DNA of 64,000 bases from Deltaproteobacteria bacterium. GTDB taxonomy: Bacteria > Desulfobacterota > Desulfomonilia > UBA1062. The stretch's first letter is position 1. Each line of letters opens with the position of its first letter. Made by a program: the position numbers and the translations under genes. The stretch spans positions 3,425 through 67,424 of the forward strand of contig JAKPQL010000083.1 of the NCBI GenBank assembly GCA_029547045.1. Direction: 5' to 3'. The notes beneath the pieces are model-generated. The model saw only the letters and a program-made list of their open reading frames with translations, had not been told where the DNA came from and did not search any database. Below are positions 26,543 to 38,333 of the stretch, piece after piece.

Positions 26543-26618
26543 GGTCCCATCGTCTAGTGGCCTAGGACAACGGCCTCTCACGCCGTAAACAGGGGTTCGA
26601 TTCCCCTTGGGACTACCA
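26543..26618 (+). tRNA. tRNA-Glu(CTC)
   Basis: GGTCCCA/TGGGACT acceptor stem, loop CTCTCAC, GGTTCGATTCC, CCA end. Confidence 0.95.
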
Positions 26619-26624
26619 ACAGGC

Positions 26625-26659
26625 AGGAGGGGGGCATGATCCCATCATGCCCCCCTCCT
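26625..26659. terminator. Hairpin between convergent tRNA pair and gdhA (likely bidirectional terminator)
   Basis: AGGAGGGGGGCATGAT-CCC-ATCATGCCCCCCTCCT, a 16-bp perfect stem. Confidence 0.75.
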
Positions 26660-26706
26660 CTGCTTCAGTCTATCCTGTGCCGTTCGGGTGCGCCCGCAAG
26701 AGCGCC

Positions 26707-28137
<1,431 letters not shown>

Positions 28138-28235
28138 TCACAGGTCATGGGCAGGCCCTCATGTCCTGGAACACCAGCTCCTCTTGGGCACCAGAAAACC
28201 TCTGATCATCAAACCCGAAAAAGGAAGGTTTGGCA

Positions 28236-28298
28236 ATCAGGGATTTGCCGATTTATCTATAGGGGATTACCTTATTTATAAATAAGGTTTTCCCTGAT
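28236..28298. promoter_or_regulatory. Three 17-bp operator-like boxes at 23-bp periodicity upstream of gdhA
   Basis: ATCAGGGATTTGCCGAT (28236), ATAGGGGATTACCTTAT (28259), ATAAGGTTTTCCCTGAT (28282; reverse complement ATCAGGGAAAACCTTAT). Confidence 0.6.
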
Positions 28299-28340
28299 GC
28301 TTGTCTTCTGCAAGCCTGGATGTCCGGCGATGAGACTCGG

Positions 28341-28997
28341 TCAGTTTCCGCTCTGGGCCCACTGGATGGCATACTTCATGAGGTCATTGCCGGTGGAGAG
28401 CCTGAGCTTTTCCTTGATGTGGGAGCGGTACGACTCGATGGTCTTCACGCTCAGGTGGAGTTCTTCTGCGATCTGGCTCGTCTTGAACCCCTGGCCGATG
28501 AGGCGGAACACGGTGAGCTCGCGGTTGCTCAGCAGGTCGAGCGGGGTGCTCGCCCCCTTTGTGTCACCGGAAATGAGCGTTTCCAGCATCTTGGTGGTGA
28601 TGCGGTCGCTCACGAAGATCTCGCCGTCCAGCACCTTGCGGATGGCCACGAGCACCTTGTCCACCGCCTCCTGCTTCATGATGTACCCGCGCGCCCCTGC
28701 GCGGAGCGCCCGCTCGGCGAAGAGGGTCTCGTCGTGCATGGACACCACCAGGGCGGGCAGGTCCCGGTACTTCAGCTTCATGGTCTTTATGAGCTCGATG
28801 CCATCGACCCCGGGCAGGGCAAGGTCAACGATGACGAGGTCCGGCGCCAGGGATTCGATCTTCTCGAGGGCTCCCTGCACCTCTTGGGCCTCGCCCACCA
28901 CCTTCAGGTCGGGCTCCGAGTCTATGACCATGGCAAGCCCCTTGCGCAGGATGGGGTGGTCGTCAACGATGAGAATCTTTCTGCGTCCCATGTGCAT
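28341..28997 (-). CDS. NarL/LuxR-family response regulator
   Basis: ILIVDDHP, VDLALP, GYIMK, HTH LSNRELTVFRLIGQG...LHLSVKTIESYR. Confidence 0.92.
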   Translation of the reverse strand: MHMGRRKILIVDDHPILRKGLAMVIDSEPDLKVVGEAQEVQGALEKIESLAPDLVIVDLALPGVDGIELIKTMKLKYRDLPALVVSMHDETLFAERALRAGARGYIMKQEAVDKVLVAIRKVLDGEIFVSDRITTKMLETLISGDTKGASTPLDLLSNRELTVFRLIGQGFKTSQIAEELHLSVKTIESYRSHIKEKLRLSTGNDLMKYAIQWAQSGN

Positions 28998-29038
28998 CGT
29001 CCTTTCCTCAGCACGCTCTCAGAGGTGCTGAAACGATA

Positions 29039-30625
29039 TTAGATCCCATCTCGAAGGGGAAAGCAACACACAAGGTCGGTCCCTCCCCCGGGGCGTGCGC
29101 GGATGTCCAGGGTCGCCTCGATCATTGAGGCGCGGTACTGCATGATGTTCAGCCCCATGCCCCTGCCGTGGCCCCTTGCCTGCCCCATGCCCACGCCGTT
29201 GTCGCTCACCCGCAGCTCGCACCCGGCGCCCCTGCGCTCGAGGCAGACCTCGATCCGGTCCGCGTGCCCGTGCTTGATGGCGTTATTCAGGGCTTCCTGC
29301 ACGATCCGGTACAGGTTCGTGGCCGCCTCGGTGTCCAGGATGTAGATGGGCTCCGCGCAGACGAACGAACACGAGACGCCGAAGAGTTTCTGCACGTTCT
29401 CGGCAAGCTTCCCGAGTGCGTGCATGAGACCGTCGGCCTGCAGTTCCACCGGGTTCAGCCCGCGGGCGAAGCCCCGGGTCATGGTGATGGCCTGGTCGAT
29501 GAGTTCGAGGATCTCGGCGATGTCCGAGGGTTCCAGCGGGATTCCCGACGCCACCTTCTTCTCCAGGACCTTCCCCATGAACCCGATGCCCGTGAGGTGC
29601 TGGGACAGGCTGTCGTGGAGATCCTGCCCGATCCTGCGCTGCTCGCGGTTGCTGATCTCGAGGATCTCCCGCTCCAGCTGCTTGCGCTTGGTGATGTCCC
29701 GCACGATGCCCAGCACCTCGTCGTTCCGGTACACCACCATACGGACCTCGAAATCCCTGGACACCCCGTCTATGGACAGGTGCTGCTCGTACACCTGGGG
29801 GTTGCCGGTCTCGAGGGCCCGTCTCACCGTGAGCATGCCCTGGTCCAGGAGCCTGCGGGGGATGAGTCCTTCCCTGTCGGCGAGCGTGTAGATGTTCCTG
29901 CCGATCATCTTCTTGCCCGGTTCCCGCAATGTGACGAAGGTCCCCTCGTGGAACCCCACCAGGGTCCCGTGGGTGTCCACCTGAAACATGAGGTCGGGTA
30001 TGGCGTTCAGCAGGGCCCGGTTCTTGAACTCGCTCTCCTTGAGCGCCTCCTCGGTGAAGTGCCGCTCCAGCACCATGCCGATGCGCTCGGCGATCACCCT
30101 CATGAGGCTCCGCTCCTCCTTGAGGAAGGGCCCCTCGTCCCTGTCTGGCTTCTGCTCGCGGTAGAAGACCTCCAGGGTCCCCCGCTTGAGGCCTCCCACC
30201 ATGATGTCCTGGGACTGCCTCCAGGGGGTCTCGGCGAAATCCGGGCTCTGCACCACCATGTCCCCCAGTCCGAGGCGGCAACAGGTGATCTCGGGGTACT
30301 GCCAGGCGTCCGGGATGATCTCCACGATCCGCTGGAGGATCTCGTCCAGGTCAAGGCCGTATTTCTCCACGATGCTGGAAATGCCGTAGAGGCAATTCAG
30401 CTCCTTGACCCGCTCCTTGAGTGCCTGGGCAAACTCGCCGTAGCGTTCCCAGTCCCTGTCCCTGGGGGACTCGGCCCTGCGCAGCCTCTGGATAGCCTTC
30501 TCGGCCCGGTGGAGCTCGGCGATGACCTCACGTCGAGGCTTCTCGAGGGATGTTCCCCTCGCCCTCTTCCCTGCGCTTTTCCTAACCTTCGGCCCGGTCG
30601 GTCCTGGTGGCTTCATATGATTCAT
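29039..30625 (-). CDS. Cytoplasmic GAF-like/PAS sensor histidine kinase (HisKA_3 type)
   Basis: EQRRIGQDLHDSLSQ, YRIVQEALNNAIKH, DNGVG, GMGL. PAS LNAIPDLMF. Start uncertain (30625 or 30616). Confidence 0.88.
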   Translation of the reverse strand: MNHMKPPGPTGPKVRKSAGKRARGTSLEKPRREVIAELHRAEKAIQRLRRAESPRDRDWERYGEFAQALKERVKELNCLYGISSIVEKYGLDLDEILQRIVEIIPDAWQYPEITCCRLGLGDMVVQSPDFAETPWRQSQDIMVGGLKRGTLEVFYREQKPDRDEGPFLKEERSLMRVIAERIGMVLERHFTEEALKESEFKNRALLNAIPDLMFQVDTHGTLVGFHEGTFVTLREPGKKMIGRNIYTLADREGLIPRRLLDQGMLTVRRALETGNPQVYEQHLSIDGVSRDFEVRMVVYRNDEVLGIVRDITKRKQLEREILEISNREQRRIGQDLHDSLSQHLTGIGFMGKVLEKKVASGIPLEPSDIAEILELIDQAITMTRGFARGLNPVELQADGLMHALGKLAENVQKLFGVSCSFVCAEPIYILDTEAATNLYRIVQEALNNAIKHGHADRIEVCLERRGAGCELRVSDNGVGMGQARGHGRGMGLNIMQYRASMIEATLDIRARPGGGTDLVCCFPLRDGI

Positions 30626-30786
30626 CCGTCCGTGTGATCCGGAACATGTATACCCTTCGGGCACCTCTCTGCAAGAACGGATCGAATCCCGTCCTGGTGC
30701 TGCTCCCATAGATGGGTGCACAAGGGCCCGGTCCTGTGGTATGATGGCCGTCGAACGAAACCAAACCACACCGAGGACGCAAGGCC

Positions 30787-32922
30787 ATGGCACAACCCGG
30801 AGACAAGGGACACGGCAGGGGCGAAGGCCCCCGGGAGGGTACGGCGGAATCCGCACGATCCGTGGATTTCATCCGCGCCATCATCAACGAGGAGCTCTCC
30901 ATGGGCAAGCACGGCGGCAGGGTACACACCCGCTTCCCACCGGAGCCCAACGGCTACCTCCACATCGGCCACGCCAAGTCCATCTGCCTGAACTTCGGCA
31001 TCGCGGCCGACTATAACGGTCTGTGCAACCTGCGGTTCGACGACACCAACCCTTCCAAGGAGGACCAGGAATACATCGACTCCATCATGGAGGATGTCAA
31101 GTGGTTGGGCTTCGACTGGGAAAACCGCCTCTACTACGCCTCGGACTACTTCGAGCAGACCTACCGCTTCGCCGAGGAGCTCATCAAAAAGGGCCTGGCA
31201 TACGTATGCGACCTGAGCGCCGAGGAGGTGCGGCAGTACCGGGGCACCCTCACCGAGGCGGGGAAGGACAGCCCGTACCGGAACCGCAGCGTCGAGGAGA
31301 ACCTCGACCTGTTCCGCCGCATGCGCTCGGGCGAGTTCCCGGACGGTTCCCGGACCCTGCGGGCAAAAATCGACATGGCATCGCCCAACCTGAACATGCG
31401 GGACCCGGTCATCTACAGGATCCTTCGGTCCACCCACCACCGCACAGGCGACGACTGGTGCATCTACCCCATGTACGACTATGCCCACCCCGTCTCCGAC
31501 TCCCTGGAGGAGATCACCCACTCCATCTGCACCCTTGAGTTCGAAGACCACCGGCCGCTGTACGACTGGTGCCTGGAGAAGCTCGGCATCTTCCGTTCCC
31601 GGCAGATCGAGTTCGCCCGGCTGAACCTCAGCTACACCCTGATGAGCAAGCGCAGGCTCCTGGAGCTCGTGCAGATGGGCATCGTGAGCGGATGGGACGA
31701 CCCGCGCATGCCCACCATCGCAGGGCTCCGCCGCAGGGGCTGCACCCCTGAAGCCATCAGGGCCTTCTGCGACCGCATCGGGGTGGCCAAGAAGGACAGC
31801 ATGGTGGACATGGCCCTCCTGGAGTTCCACATCCGCGAGGACCTGAACGTCCGAACGCCGCGGATCATGGCCGTGCTGGAGCCCCTCAAGGTAACCATCG
31901 AGAACTATCCCGAAGGCCAAACCGAAGAGTTCGACATCCCCTTCCACCCGGATGACCCCTCCATGGGGAGCCGCGCCGTCCCCTTCGGCAGGACCCTGTA
32001 CATCGAGCAGGACGATTTCATGGAGAACCCTCCACCGAAGTACTTCCGCCTCGCACCCGGACGCGAGGTCCGCCTGCGGGGGGCCTACTTCATCACCTGC
32101 ACGGGCGTGGTCAAAGACCCCCAGACCGGGCTCGTCACGGAGCTCCGCTGCATCTATGACCCGTCCACCAGGGGGGGGGACGCGCCCGACGGCCGCAAGG
32201 TGAAGGGCACCCTGCACTGGGTTTCGGCCGCGCACGCCGTGCCGGCCCAGGTCCGCCTCTACGAGAGGCTCTTCCTGGTGGAGAACATCGGCTCCGAGTG
32301 CGAGCGCACCGGCAGGGACTACAAGGACTTCCTGAACCCGGACTCGCTGCGCACCCTGAATGGCTGCATGCTGGAACCCTCCGTGAAGGGAGCGCCACCC
32401 CTGAGCCGGTACCAGTTCGAGCGCCAGGGCTACTTCTGCGTGGACAGCGCGGACTCGAAGCCCGACAGCCTGGTGTTCAACCGCACCGTGACGCTTCGCG
32501 ACTCGTGGGCGAAGGTTGAGAAGACCGCTCGCGTTACCAGGGAGACGCCGAAGGCTGCATCGAAAAAGTCCCCTGCAAAGGGGGCACCCGTGCCGGAGAT
32601 CACCTTCGACGACTTCGCCAGGCTCGACCTCAGGGTGGGAAGGGTCCTCGAAGCGGCACTGGTGGAGGGCGCGGACAAACTCGTGAAGCTGCTCGTGGAT
32701 GTGGGTGAAGACAGGCCCAGGCAGATCCTTGCAGGCATCCGGAGGGCATACCCCGACCCGGCAGCGCTCGTGGGAAAGCGTGTCGTGGTGGTGGCCAACC
32801 TCAAGCCGCGCGCGATGAAGTCCGGCACCTCCGAGGGCATGATCCTGGCGGGGGGCAGCGGAGACGACTGGCGGGTCTGCACCTTCGACGGCGAGCCCGA
32901 GCCGGGTGACAAGGTCTCCTGA
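30787..32922 (+). CDS. glnS: Glutamine--tRNA ligase with C-terminal Trbp111/MetRS-type tRNA-binding domain
   Basis: [27 protein letters not shown]. Tail [14 protein letters not shown]...ADKL...RQILAGI...VANLKPR...SEGMIL. Confidence 0.95.
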   Translation: MAQPGDKGHGRGEGPREGTAESARSVDFIRAIINEELSMGKHGGRVHTRFPPEPNGYLHIGHAKSICLNFGIAADYNGLCNLRFDDTNPSKEDQEYIDSIMEDVKWLGFDWENRLYYASDYFEQTYRFAEELIKKGLAYVCDLSAEEVRQYRGTLTEAGKDSPYRNRSVEENLDLFRRMRSGEFPDGSRTLRAKIDMASPNLNMRDPVIYRILRSTHHRTGDDWCIYPMYDYAHPVSDSLEEITHSICTLEFEDHRPLYDWCLEKLGIFRSRQIEFARLNLSYTLMSKRRLLELVQMGIVSGWDDPRMPTIAGLRRRGCTPEAIRAFCDRIGVAKKDSMVDMALLEFHIREDLNVRTPRIMAVLEPLKVTIENYPEGQTEEFDIPFHPDDPSMGSRAVPFGRTLYIEQDDFMENPPPKYFRLAPGREVRLRGAYFITCTGVVKDPQTGLVTELRCIYDPSTRGGDAPDGRKVKGTLHWVSAAHAVPAQVRLYERLFLVENIGSECERTGRDYKDFLNPDSLRTLNGCMLEPSVKGAPPLSRYQFERQGYFCVDSADSKPDSLVFNRTVTLRDSWAKVEKTARVTRETPKAASKKSPAKGAPVPEITFDDFARLDLRVGRVLEAALVEGADKLVKLLVDVGEDRPRQILAGIRRAYPDPAALVGKRVVVVANLKPRAMKSGTSEGMILAGGSGDDWRVCTFDGEPEPGDKVS

Positions 32923-33078
32923 GCGGCACGCCGTTGCGGTGAAAATGTTCATCCGGGTCTTGTCCCGGGTGTTTTCATCAGTACTTTAGTATAGGTGGAA
33001 TGAACTGATGATACCCCACCATGGAGGAAGCCCTTGTCCCGAGCCCCTTCATGGGCTGTTCTGCTGGGTTCGGATGAC

Positions 33079-36000
33079 ATGAAGAAGAGAGAAGGCACAG
33101 CCCCTCCGCAGAAGAAACCCGAGAAGGAGACCCCGCGCCAGCGGGTGCTCCTCTCCCAGGTCATCGACTTCCTGCCCGACCCCACCTTTGCCATCGACCG
33201 GGCGGGCAGGGTCACCGTGTGGAACCGGGCCATGGAGGAGATGACCGGGGTGAAGGCCAGGGACATGGTGGGAAAGGGGGACTACGAGTACGCCGTCCCC
33301 TTTTACGGTGAGCGCCGCCCCATCCTCGCGGACCTGGTCCTGCACCCCGACCCGGAGCGGGAAAGGTCCTACTCTTCCCTGATCCGCCAGGGCGACAGCC
33401 TCTATGCCGAGACCATCGGATTGCCTTCCAGGCGGTTTCTCTGGGGAAAGGCGAGCCCCATCCGCGACAGGAGGGGAACCATCACGGGCGCCATCGAATC
33501 GATCCGCGACATCACGGACCACAAGCACATCGAGGAGACCGTCATCAAGAGCGAGGCCAGGTACCGGGACATCTTCGAGAACGTCTCCGACTACCTCTAC
33601 CTCCATGACCTCGACGGCGTGTTCATCGAGACGAACTTCGCGAACAAGAAGGAGTCGGGCTTCTCCGAGGAAGAGCTGAACAGCCTCTCCATCAGGGACC
33701 TGCTCCCGGACCGCCACCGGCACCGGTTCCAGAACTACATGAAGAACGTCGTGGACAAGGGGAGAGACGAGGGGTTCCTCACCATCGTCTTCAAGGACGG
33801 GCAGGAACGCGTCCTGGAGTACCGCAACTCGCTCATCACGGACAATCAGGGATGGCCCGTGGCGGTGCGTGGCTCCGCCCGGGACATCACCGCCAGGCTC
33901 AAGGCGCAGAAGGAGCTCAAAAGGGAGCGCGACTTCATCACCACCATCATACAGACCTCTCCCGCCTTCTATGTGGCGATGGATCCCGCGGGGAGGATCA
34001 TCCTCATGAACGAGGCCATGCTCGCCTCGCTCAACTACGGTCTCAAGGCCGTCCTCGGACGCGACTTCGTCACCACCCTCGTGCACCCCGAAGACCAAGC
34101 GTTCATCGCCCGGGGCATCTCCGACATGACCTCGTCAAGCCGATCGACCGTGCTCATGCTCAGGATGATCTCCCGCGACGGCAGGGACATGCTGGTCCAG
34201 TGGCAGTACAAGCCAGTCCACAAAACGGACGGCGGCATCGACTTCATCTTCGGCATGGGCATCGACATCACCGGCCAGAAACGGGCCGAGGAGCTGGGCC
34301 GGATCTCGGAGAAGAAGTTCCAGGCCGCCTTCCATGCCAGCGCCGATCCCATGGCCATCTTCGATCCTCCCACCGGGAGGATCATCGACGTCAACACCGC
34401 TTTTGTCACCTGGTCGGGCTACACCGCGGACGAGGCCATCGGCCGCACCACCATGGACCTGGACATCTGGCAGGACCCTTCCGACCGCGACCGGTACATC
34501 GGCAGGCTGCGCCTGGGGGAAACCGTGGACAGGGAGGAGGTGCGGCTCAGGAACAGGACCGGGGCCCAATACATAGTCATCCTGTCCGCTGCCATGGTGG
34601 AGGTGGAAGGCAGGTCCTACCTCTTCCTCACGCTCCATGACATCACCGATCTCCGCAATGCCCAGACGAGGCTGGCCAAGAGTGAGCGGCACTACCGGCT
34701 CCTGGCCGAGAATGCCTCGGACGTCATCTGGGTCCTCAACCCGGACCTGACCTACCGGTTCGTGAGCCCGTCCGTGGAGAACCTGAGGGGGTACACGGTG
34801 AAGGAGGTGCTCGGGCAGACCCTCAGAGACGTCCTTACCCCGGAATCGTACCGGAACGCCATGGAGCTCATGCAGCGGGAACGCCTCCAGGAGGTAAGCG
34901 GCCACCGGCACGGCCCCCAGTGGTCCACCACCGCCGAGTTCGAGATGACCCGCAGAGACGGCACCACCGTCTGGACCGAGGCGCGGCTGAGCGTGCTGTA
35001 TGACGACGAGGGAAAGGTTTCGGGCATCCTGGGCATCACCCGGGACATCACCCAGCGAAAACAGGCCGAGACCGCCCTGAGAGAGCGGCAGCGACAGATG
35101 GAGACCCTCATGGGCAACCTGCCCGGCATGGCGTACCGGTGCAGGAACGACGAGAACTGGACCATGGAGTTCGTCAGCCAGGGGTGCCTCGACATCACCG
35201 GATACTCGCCTGAAGACCTCGTGGGGAGCGCCCGGGTGTCCTATGCGGGACTCATCCACCCCGAAGACCGCGACCCGGTGTGGTCGCAGGTGCAGGAGGC
35301 GCTGTCCCGCAGGGAGCATTTCCGCCTCACCTACCGGATCATCCACCGGGACACCGGTGTGCGGTGGGTGTGGGAGCAGGGCACGGGAGTCCCCGATACG
35401 GACGGCAGGGTGGCGTTTCTGGAGGGATTCATCACCGACATCACAGAGCGCAAGCTCGCCGAGGAGGCGCTCAGGAAAAGCGAGGAGCGCTACCGGCTCC
35501 TGGCCGAGAACGTCAGGGACGTGATCTGGGTCCTGGACATGGACCTCCGCTACACTTACATCAGCCCATCGGTGGAGCGCATGCGAGGATTTACCGTGGA
35601 GGAGGCCATGGGAATGCCCCTGGACAAGGTCATGACTCCCGAATTCTACCAGCTCGCACTGACGGTCATCGGGGAGGAGCTGGAGCGCGAAAGGCATGGC
35701 CTCATCCACGACCCCTACTGGTCCCGGACCATCGAAGGGCAGATCTTGCACAAGGACGGGTCCTTCCTCTGGGTGGAGATAACCGCGACCTTCCTCCGGG
35801 ATGACGACGGGAACATCACCGGGATCCTGGGCGTCACCCGGGACATCAGCAAGCGCAGGCACGCCGAGGACGTACTCCAGCAGATCCGCTTCGCGGTGGA
35901 ACACCTGGGGGAGGAGGCCTTCTGGATCAGCAGGGAGGGACGCTTCATCTATGTGAACGAGGCTTCCTGCAGGGCCCTGGGCTGCACCCGCGAGGAACTG

Positions 36001-37782
36001 CTCTCCATGGGGGTGCAGGACATCGACCCCCTGTTCCAACCGGACCGCTGGCCCGAGCACTGGCAGGAGCTGAAGGAACGAGGATCTCTGGTCTTCGAGT
36101 CCATCCACCGGAGAAAGAACGGCTCCGAGTACCCGGTGGAGATCCAGGCCAACTTCCTGGAGTTCGGCGGCCAGGAATTCAACTGGGCCTTTGCCCGGGA
36201 CATCACGGAGCGCAAACACGCGGACGCCAAGCTCCGCGAGAGCGAGGAGCGGTTCCGGAGGATGGCCGAGGTCAGCCCGGAGGTCTTCTGGATGACCTCC
36301 CCGGACTGGTCCCGGGTCATCTACCTGAGCCCGGCCTTCGAGAAGATCTTCGGCTTTCCGGCTGAGGAGCTCGTCCAAAACCCGTCGGCATGCCTCGGCC
36401 TCATCCACGAGCAGGACAGAGACGCGGTGATCTCATTCTTCAGACGGAGCCAGGGCCCTGACGCGGTGTACGAGTTTCGCATCGTGCGGCCGGACGGCTC
36501 GGTGCGGTGGATCCGCAACAGGCGATCCTCCGTCCTTGACGAGCAGGGAAGGACCATCCTCCTCGTGGGCATCGCCGAGGACATCACAGAACGGGTGCAG
36601 GCAGAGGAGGAGCGCAAGGTATTCGAAGCCCGCCTGGCCAGATCCCAGAAGCTCGAGGCCATCGGGACCCTGGCGGGCGGCATCGCCCACGACTTCAACA
36701 ACATCCTGTCCGCGATCATCGGATACTCCGAGCTTGCCCAGGAGGAACTCCCGGCATCCAGCCCGGCCCACGCGAGCCTTGCAGAGGTCATCCGGGCTGG
36801 CGACAGGGCCAAGGACCTGGTGAGGCAGATCCTTACCTTCAGCCGCCAGATGGAGACCGAACGGAAACCGGTCCGTGTCCAGCTTATCGTGAAGGAGGTC
36901 ATGAAGCTGCTCCGGTCCTCCATACCGAGGACCATCACGATCAGAGACTCCGTGGATCCGTCTGCAGGACCGGTCTTTGCTGACCCCACCCAGATCCATC
37001 AGGTCATCATGAACCTGTGCACCAATGCCTACCATGCCATGCTCCCCGCTGGCGGCGAGCTCACCATCTCAGTGGATTCCGTGTTCCTGGATGCGCATTT
37101 CGCCTCCCAGCACCCCGAGCTCAGGGAGGGGGCCTATCTCCGGCTGGCCGTGCAGGACACCGGCACCGGTATGGACCCGGAGACCATGAAGCGCATATTC
37201 GACCCCTTCTTCACCACCAAGGAAAAGACAAAGGGCACAGGCCTCGGGCTGGCCACGGTGCACGGGATCGTCACGGACCTGGGCGGGTCGGTCATGGTGA
37301 CATCCACCGTGGGTAAGGGGAGCACCTTCGAGGTCTACCTGCCCGTGTCGAAAAAGCAGGAGGACGAGGACGAGGAACCCGAGGAAGAACTTGGCAAAGG
37401 CAGGGGTCAGACCATCCTCCTGGTGGATGACGAGGAGGCCATCCTCCACTTCACCGGAACCATGCTCGAACAGCTCGGATACCTGGTCATCAGGACGTCC
37501 TCCAGCCTGGAGGCCCTGGGCATGTTCCGATCCAACCCCCAGGGGATCGATCTGGTGATCACCGACCAGACCATGCCAGGCCTCACCGGCATGGCTCTGG
37601 CGTCCGAGATCATCAGGACAAGGCCCGGCATTCCCGTCATCCTCATGACCGGCTACAGCGAGACCGTCTCCCCCGAGGAAGCCCTTGCCCAGGGCATCGA
37701 GGAGTACATCGAGAAACCCTTCACCCGGAGCACCCTGGCCCGATCCGTGCAGCGGTGCCTCAGCGAAAAGAACCGGCCATGA
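33079..37782 (+). CDS. Multi-PAS (about 9) hybrid sensor histidine kinase with C-terminal receiver
   Basis: Repeated PAS/PAC units ending DIT, GGIAHDFNNIL, QVIMNLCTNA, PFFTTK, GTGLGL, receiver LLVDDE...ITDQTMP...KP. Confidence 0.92.
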   Translation: MKKREGTAPPQKKPEKETPRQRVLLSQVIDFLPDPTFAIDRAGRVTVWNRAMEEMTGVKARDMVGKGDYEYAVPFYGERRPILADLVLHPDPERERSYSSLIRQGDSLYAETIGLPSRRFLWGKASPIRDRRGTITGAIESIRDITDHKHIEETVIKSEARYRDIFENVSDYLYLHDLDGVFIETNFANKKESGFSEEELNSLSIRDLLPDRHRHRFQNYMKNVVDKGRDEGFLTIVFKDGQERVLEYRNSLITDNQGWPVAVRGSARDITARLKAQKELKRERDFITTIIQTSPAFYVAMDPAGRIILMNEAMLASLNYGLKAVLGRDFVTTLVHPEDQAFIARGISDMTSSSRSTVLMLRMISRDGRDMLVQWQYKPVHKTDGGIDFIFGMGIDITGQKRAEELGRISEKKFQAAFHASADPMAIFDPPTGRIIDVNTAFVTWSGYTADEAIGRTTMDLDIWQDPSDRDRYIGRLRLGETVDREEVRLRNRTGAQYIVILSAAMVEVEGRSYLFLTLHDITDLRNAQTRLAKSERHYRLLAENASDVIWVLNPDLTYRFVSPSVENLRGYTVKEVLGQTLRDVLTPESYRNAMELMQRERLQEVSGHRHGPQWSTTAEFEMTRRDGTTVWTEARLSVLYDDEGKVSGILGITRDITQRKQAETALRERQRQMETLMGNLPGMAYRCRNDENWTMEFVSQGCLDITGYSPEDLVGSARVSYAGLIHPEDRDPVWSQVQEALSRREHFRLTYRIIHRDTGVRWVWEQGTGVPDTDGRVAFLEGFITDITERKLAEEALRKSEERYRLLAENVRDVIWVLDMDLRYTYISPSVERMRGFTVEEAMGMPLDKVMTPEFYQLALTVIGEELERERHGLIHDPYWSRTIEGQILHKDGSFLWVEITATFLRDDDGNITGILGVTRDISKRRHAEDVLQQIRFAVEHLGEEAFWISREGRFIYVNEASCRALGCTREELLSMGVQDIDPLFQPDRWPEHWQELKERGSLVFESIHRRKNGSEYPVEIQANFLEFGGQEFNWAFARDITERKHADAKLRESEERFRRMAEVSPEVFWMTSPDWSRVIYLSPAFEKIFGFPAEELVQNPSACLGLIHEQDRDAVISFFRRSQGPDAVYEFRIVRPDGSVRWIRNRRSSVLDEQGRTILLVGIAEDITERVQAEEERKVFEARLARSQKLEAIGTLAGGIAHDFNNILSAIIGYSELAQEELPASSPAHASLAEVIRAGDRAKDLVRQILTFSRQMETERKPVRVQLIVKEVMKLLRSSIPRTITIRDSVDPSAGPVFADPTQIHQVIMNLCTNAYHAMLPAGGELTISVDSVFLDAHFASQHPELREGAYLRLAVQDTGTGMDPETMKRIFDPFFTTKEKTKGTGLGLATVHGIVTDLGGSVMVTSTVGKGSTFEVYLPVSKKQEDEDEEPEEELGKGRGQTILLVDDEEAILHFTGTMLEQLGYLVIRTSSSLEALGMFRSNPQGIDLVITDQTMPGLTGMALASEIIRTRPGIPVILMTGYSETVSPEEALAQGIEEYIEKPFTRSTLARSVQRCLSEKNRP

Positions 37783-38108
37783 GGAACGCGCACACCCTCG
37801 TCATCGAAGACGAGGAACGCATCCGGCACACCTTCGGCTCCTTCCTGGCCGGGGAACGACCCGGAGCTGATCCGCGCCCGGGGAATACCTTCGTGGTGTG
37901 CCCTGGAGACACCACGGGCAGGCAGGACCTGTCCCCCGAGACAAGGAGGTTCGAGTCGCCCCCTGATGCCCCTGGGAAGACGGCCTCCCACGACTGGGAA
38001 ACGATCCTGCAGGCCCTGCAGAGGAGGGGGCATGAGAAATGGTCTGTGCCGCCGCCGCGGTGGATCAGCCGCCAGATTGTGAACCGGAAGATGAGGGAGT
38101 ACGGATGA
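37779..38108 (+). pseudogene. Remnant of sigma54-dependent (NtrC-type) response regulator
   Basis: Receiver start TLVIEDEERIR joined almost directly to a decayed Fis-HTH (ILQAL...ISRQIVNRKMREYG). The AAA+ domain is absent. ATGA-coupled to the kinase. Confidence 0.6.
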
Positions 38109-38127
38109 GAGCGCCCTGACAGGCACG

Positions 38128-38175
38128 TGTACCATGTAACATATCTGTAACAGCGCCACCTGTAACAAGTTACAG
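38128..38175. promoter_or_regulatory. TGT-N8-ACA enhancer-like site array
   Basis: TGTACCATGTAACA (38128), TGTAACA (38146), TGTAACAAGTTACA (38161), followed by an AT-rich tract. Confidence 0.55.
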
Positions 38176-38333
38176 ATTCCTGCCCCATCTCATGCCTCCA
38201 GTCTTGCAGCGATCCTTATAATTAACTGATTTATTTATTTCATTTTTTATGCAATGTACTGGCGCCTGGCCTGGCATGCTTTGTGGTACCCAGGGACAGG
38301 CGCCAGGGACTCCATGCTCGAGGGAGAGCGTAC

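Noticed and set aside
19393-26618. Possible genomic island bounded by tRNA-Cys and tRNA-Gln/Glu
   Set aside because: No integrase, no duplicated tRNA 3' end seen, and composition looks like the flanks.
28231-28248. TGGCA...TTGC as sigma54 promoter
   Set aside because: GG-GC spacing is wrong and it faces away from gdhA.
32171-32179. G9 homopolymer in glnS
   Set aside because: In frame, encoding the conserved RGG segment of a housekeeping gene.
38128-38175. TGTAACA repeats as mini-CRISPR or iterons
   Set aside because: Too short and irregular, with no cas or rep gene; better explained as activator sites.
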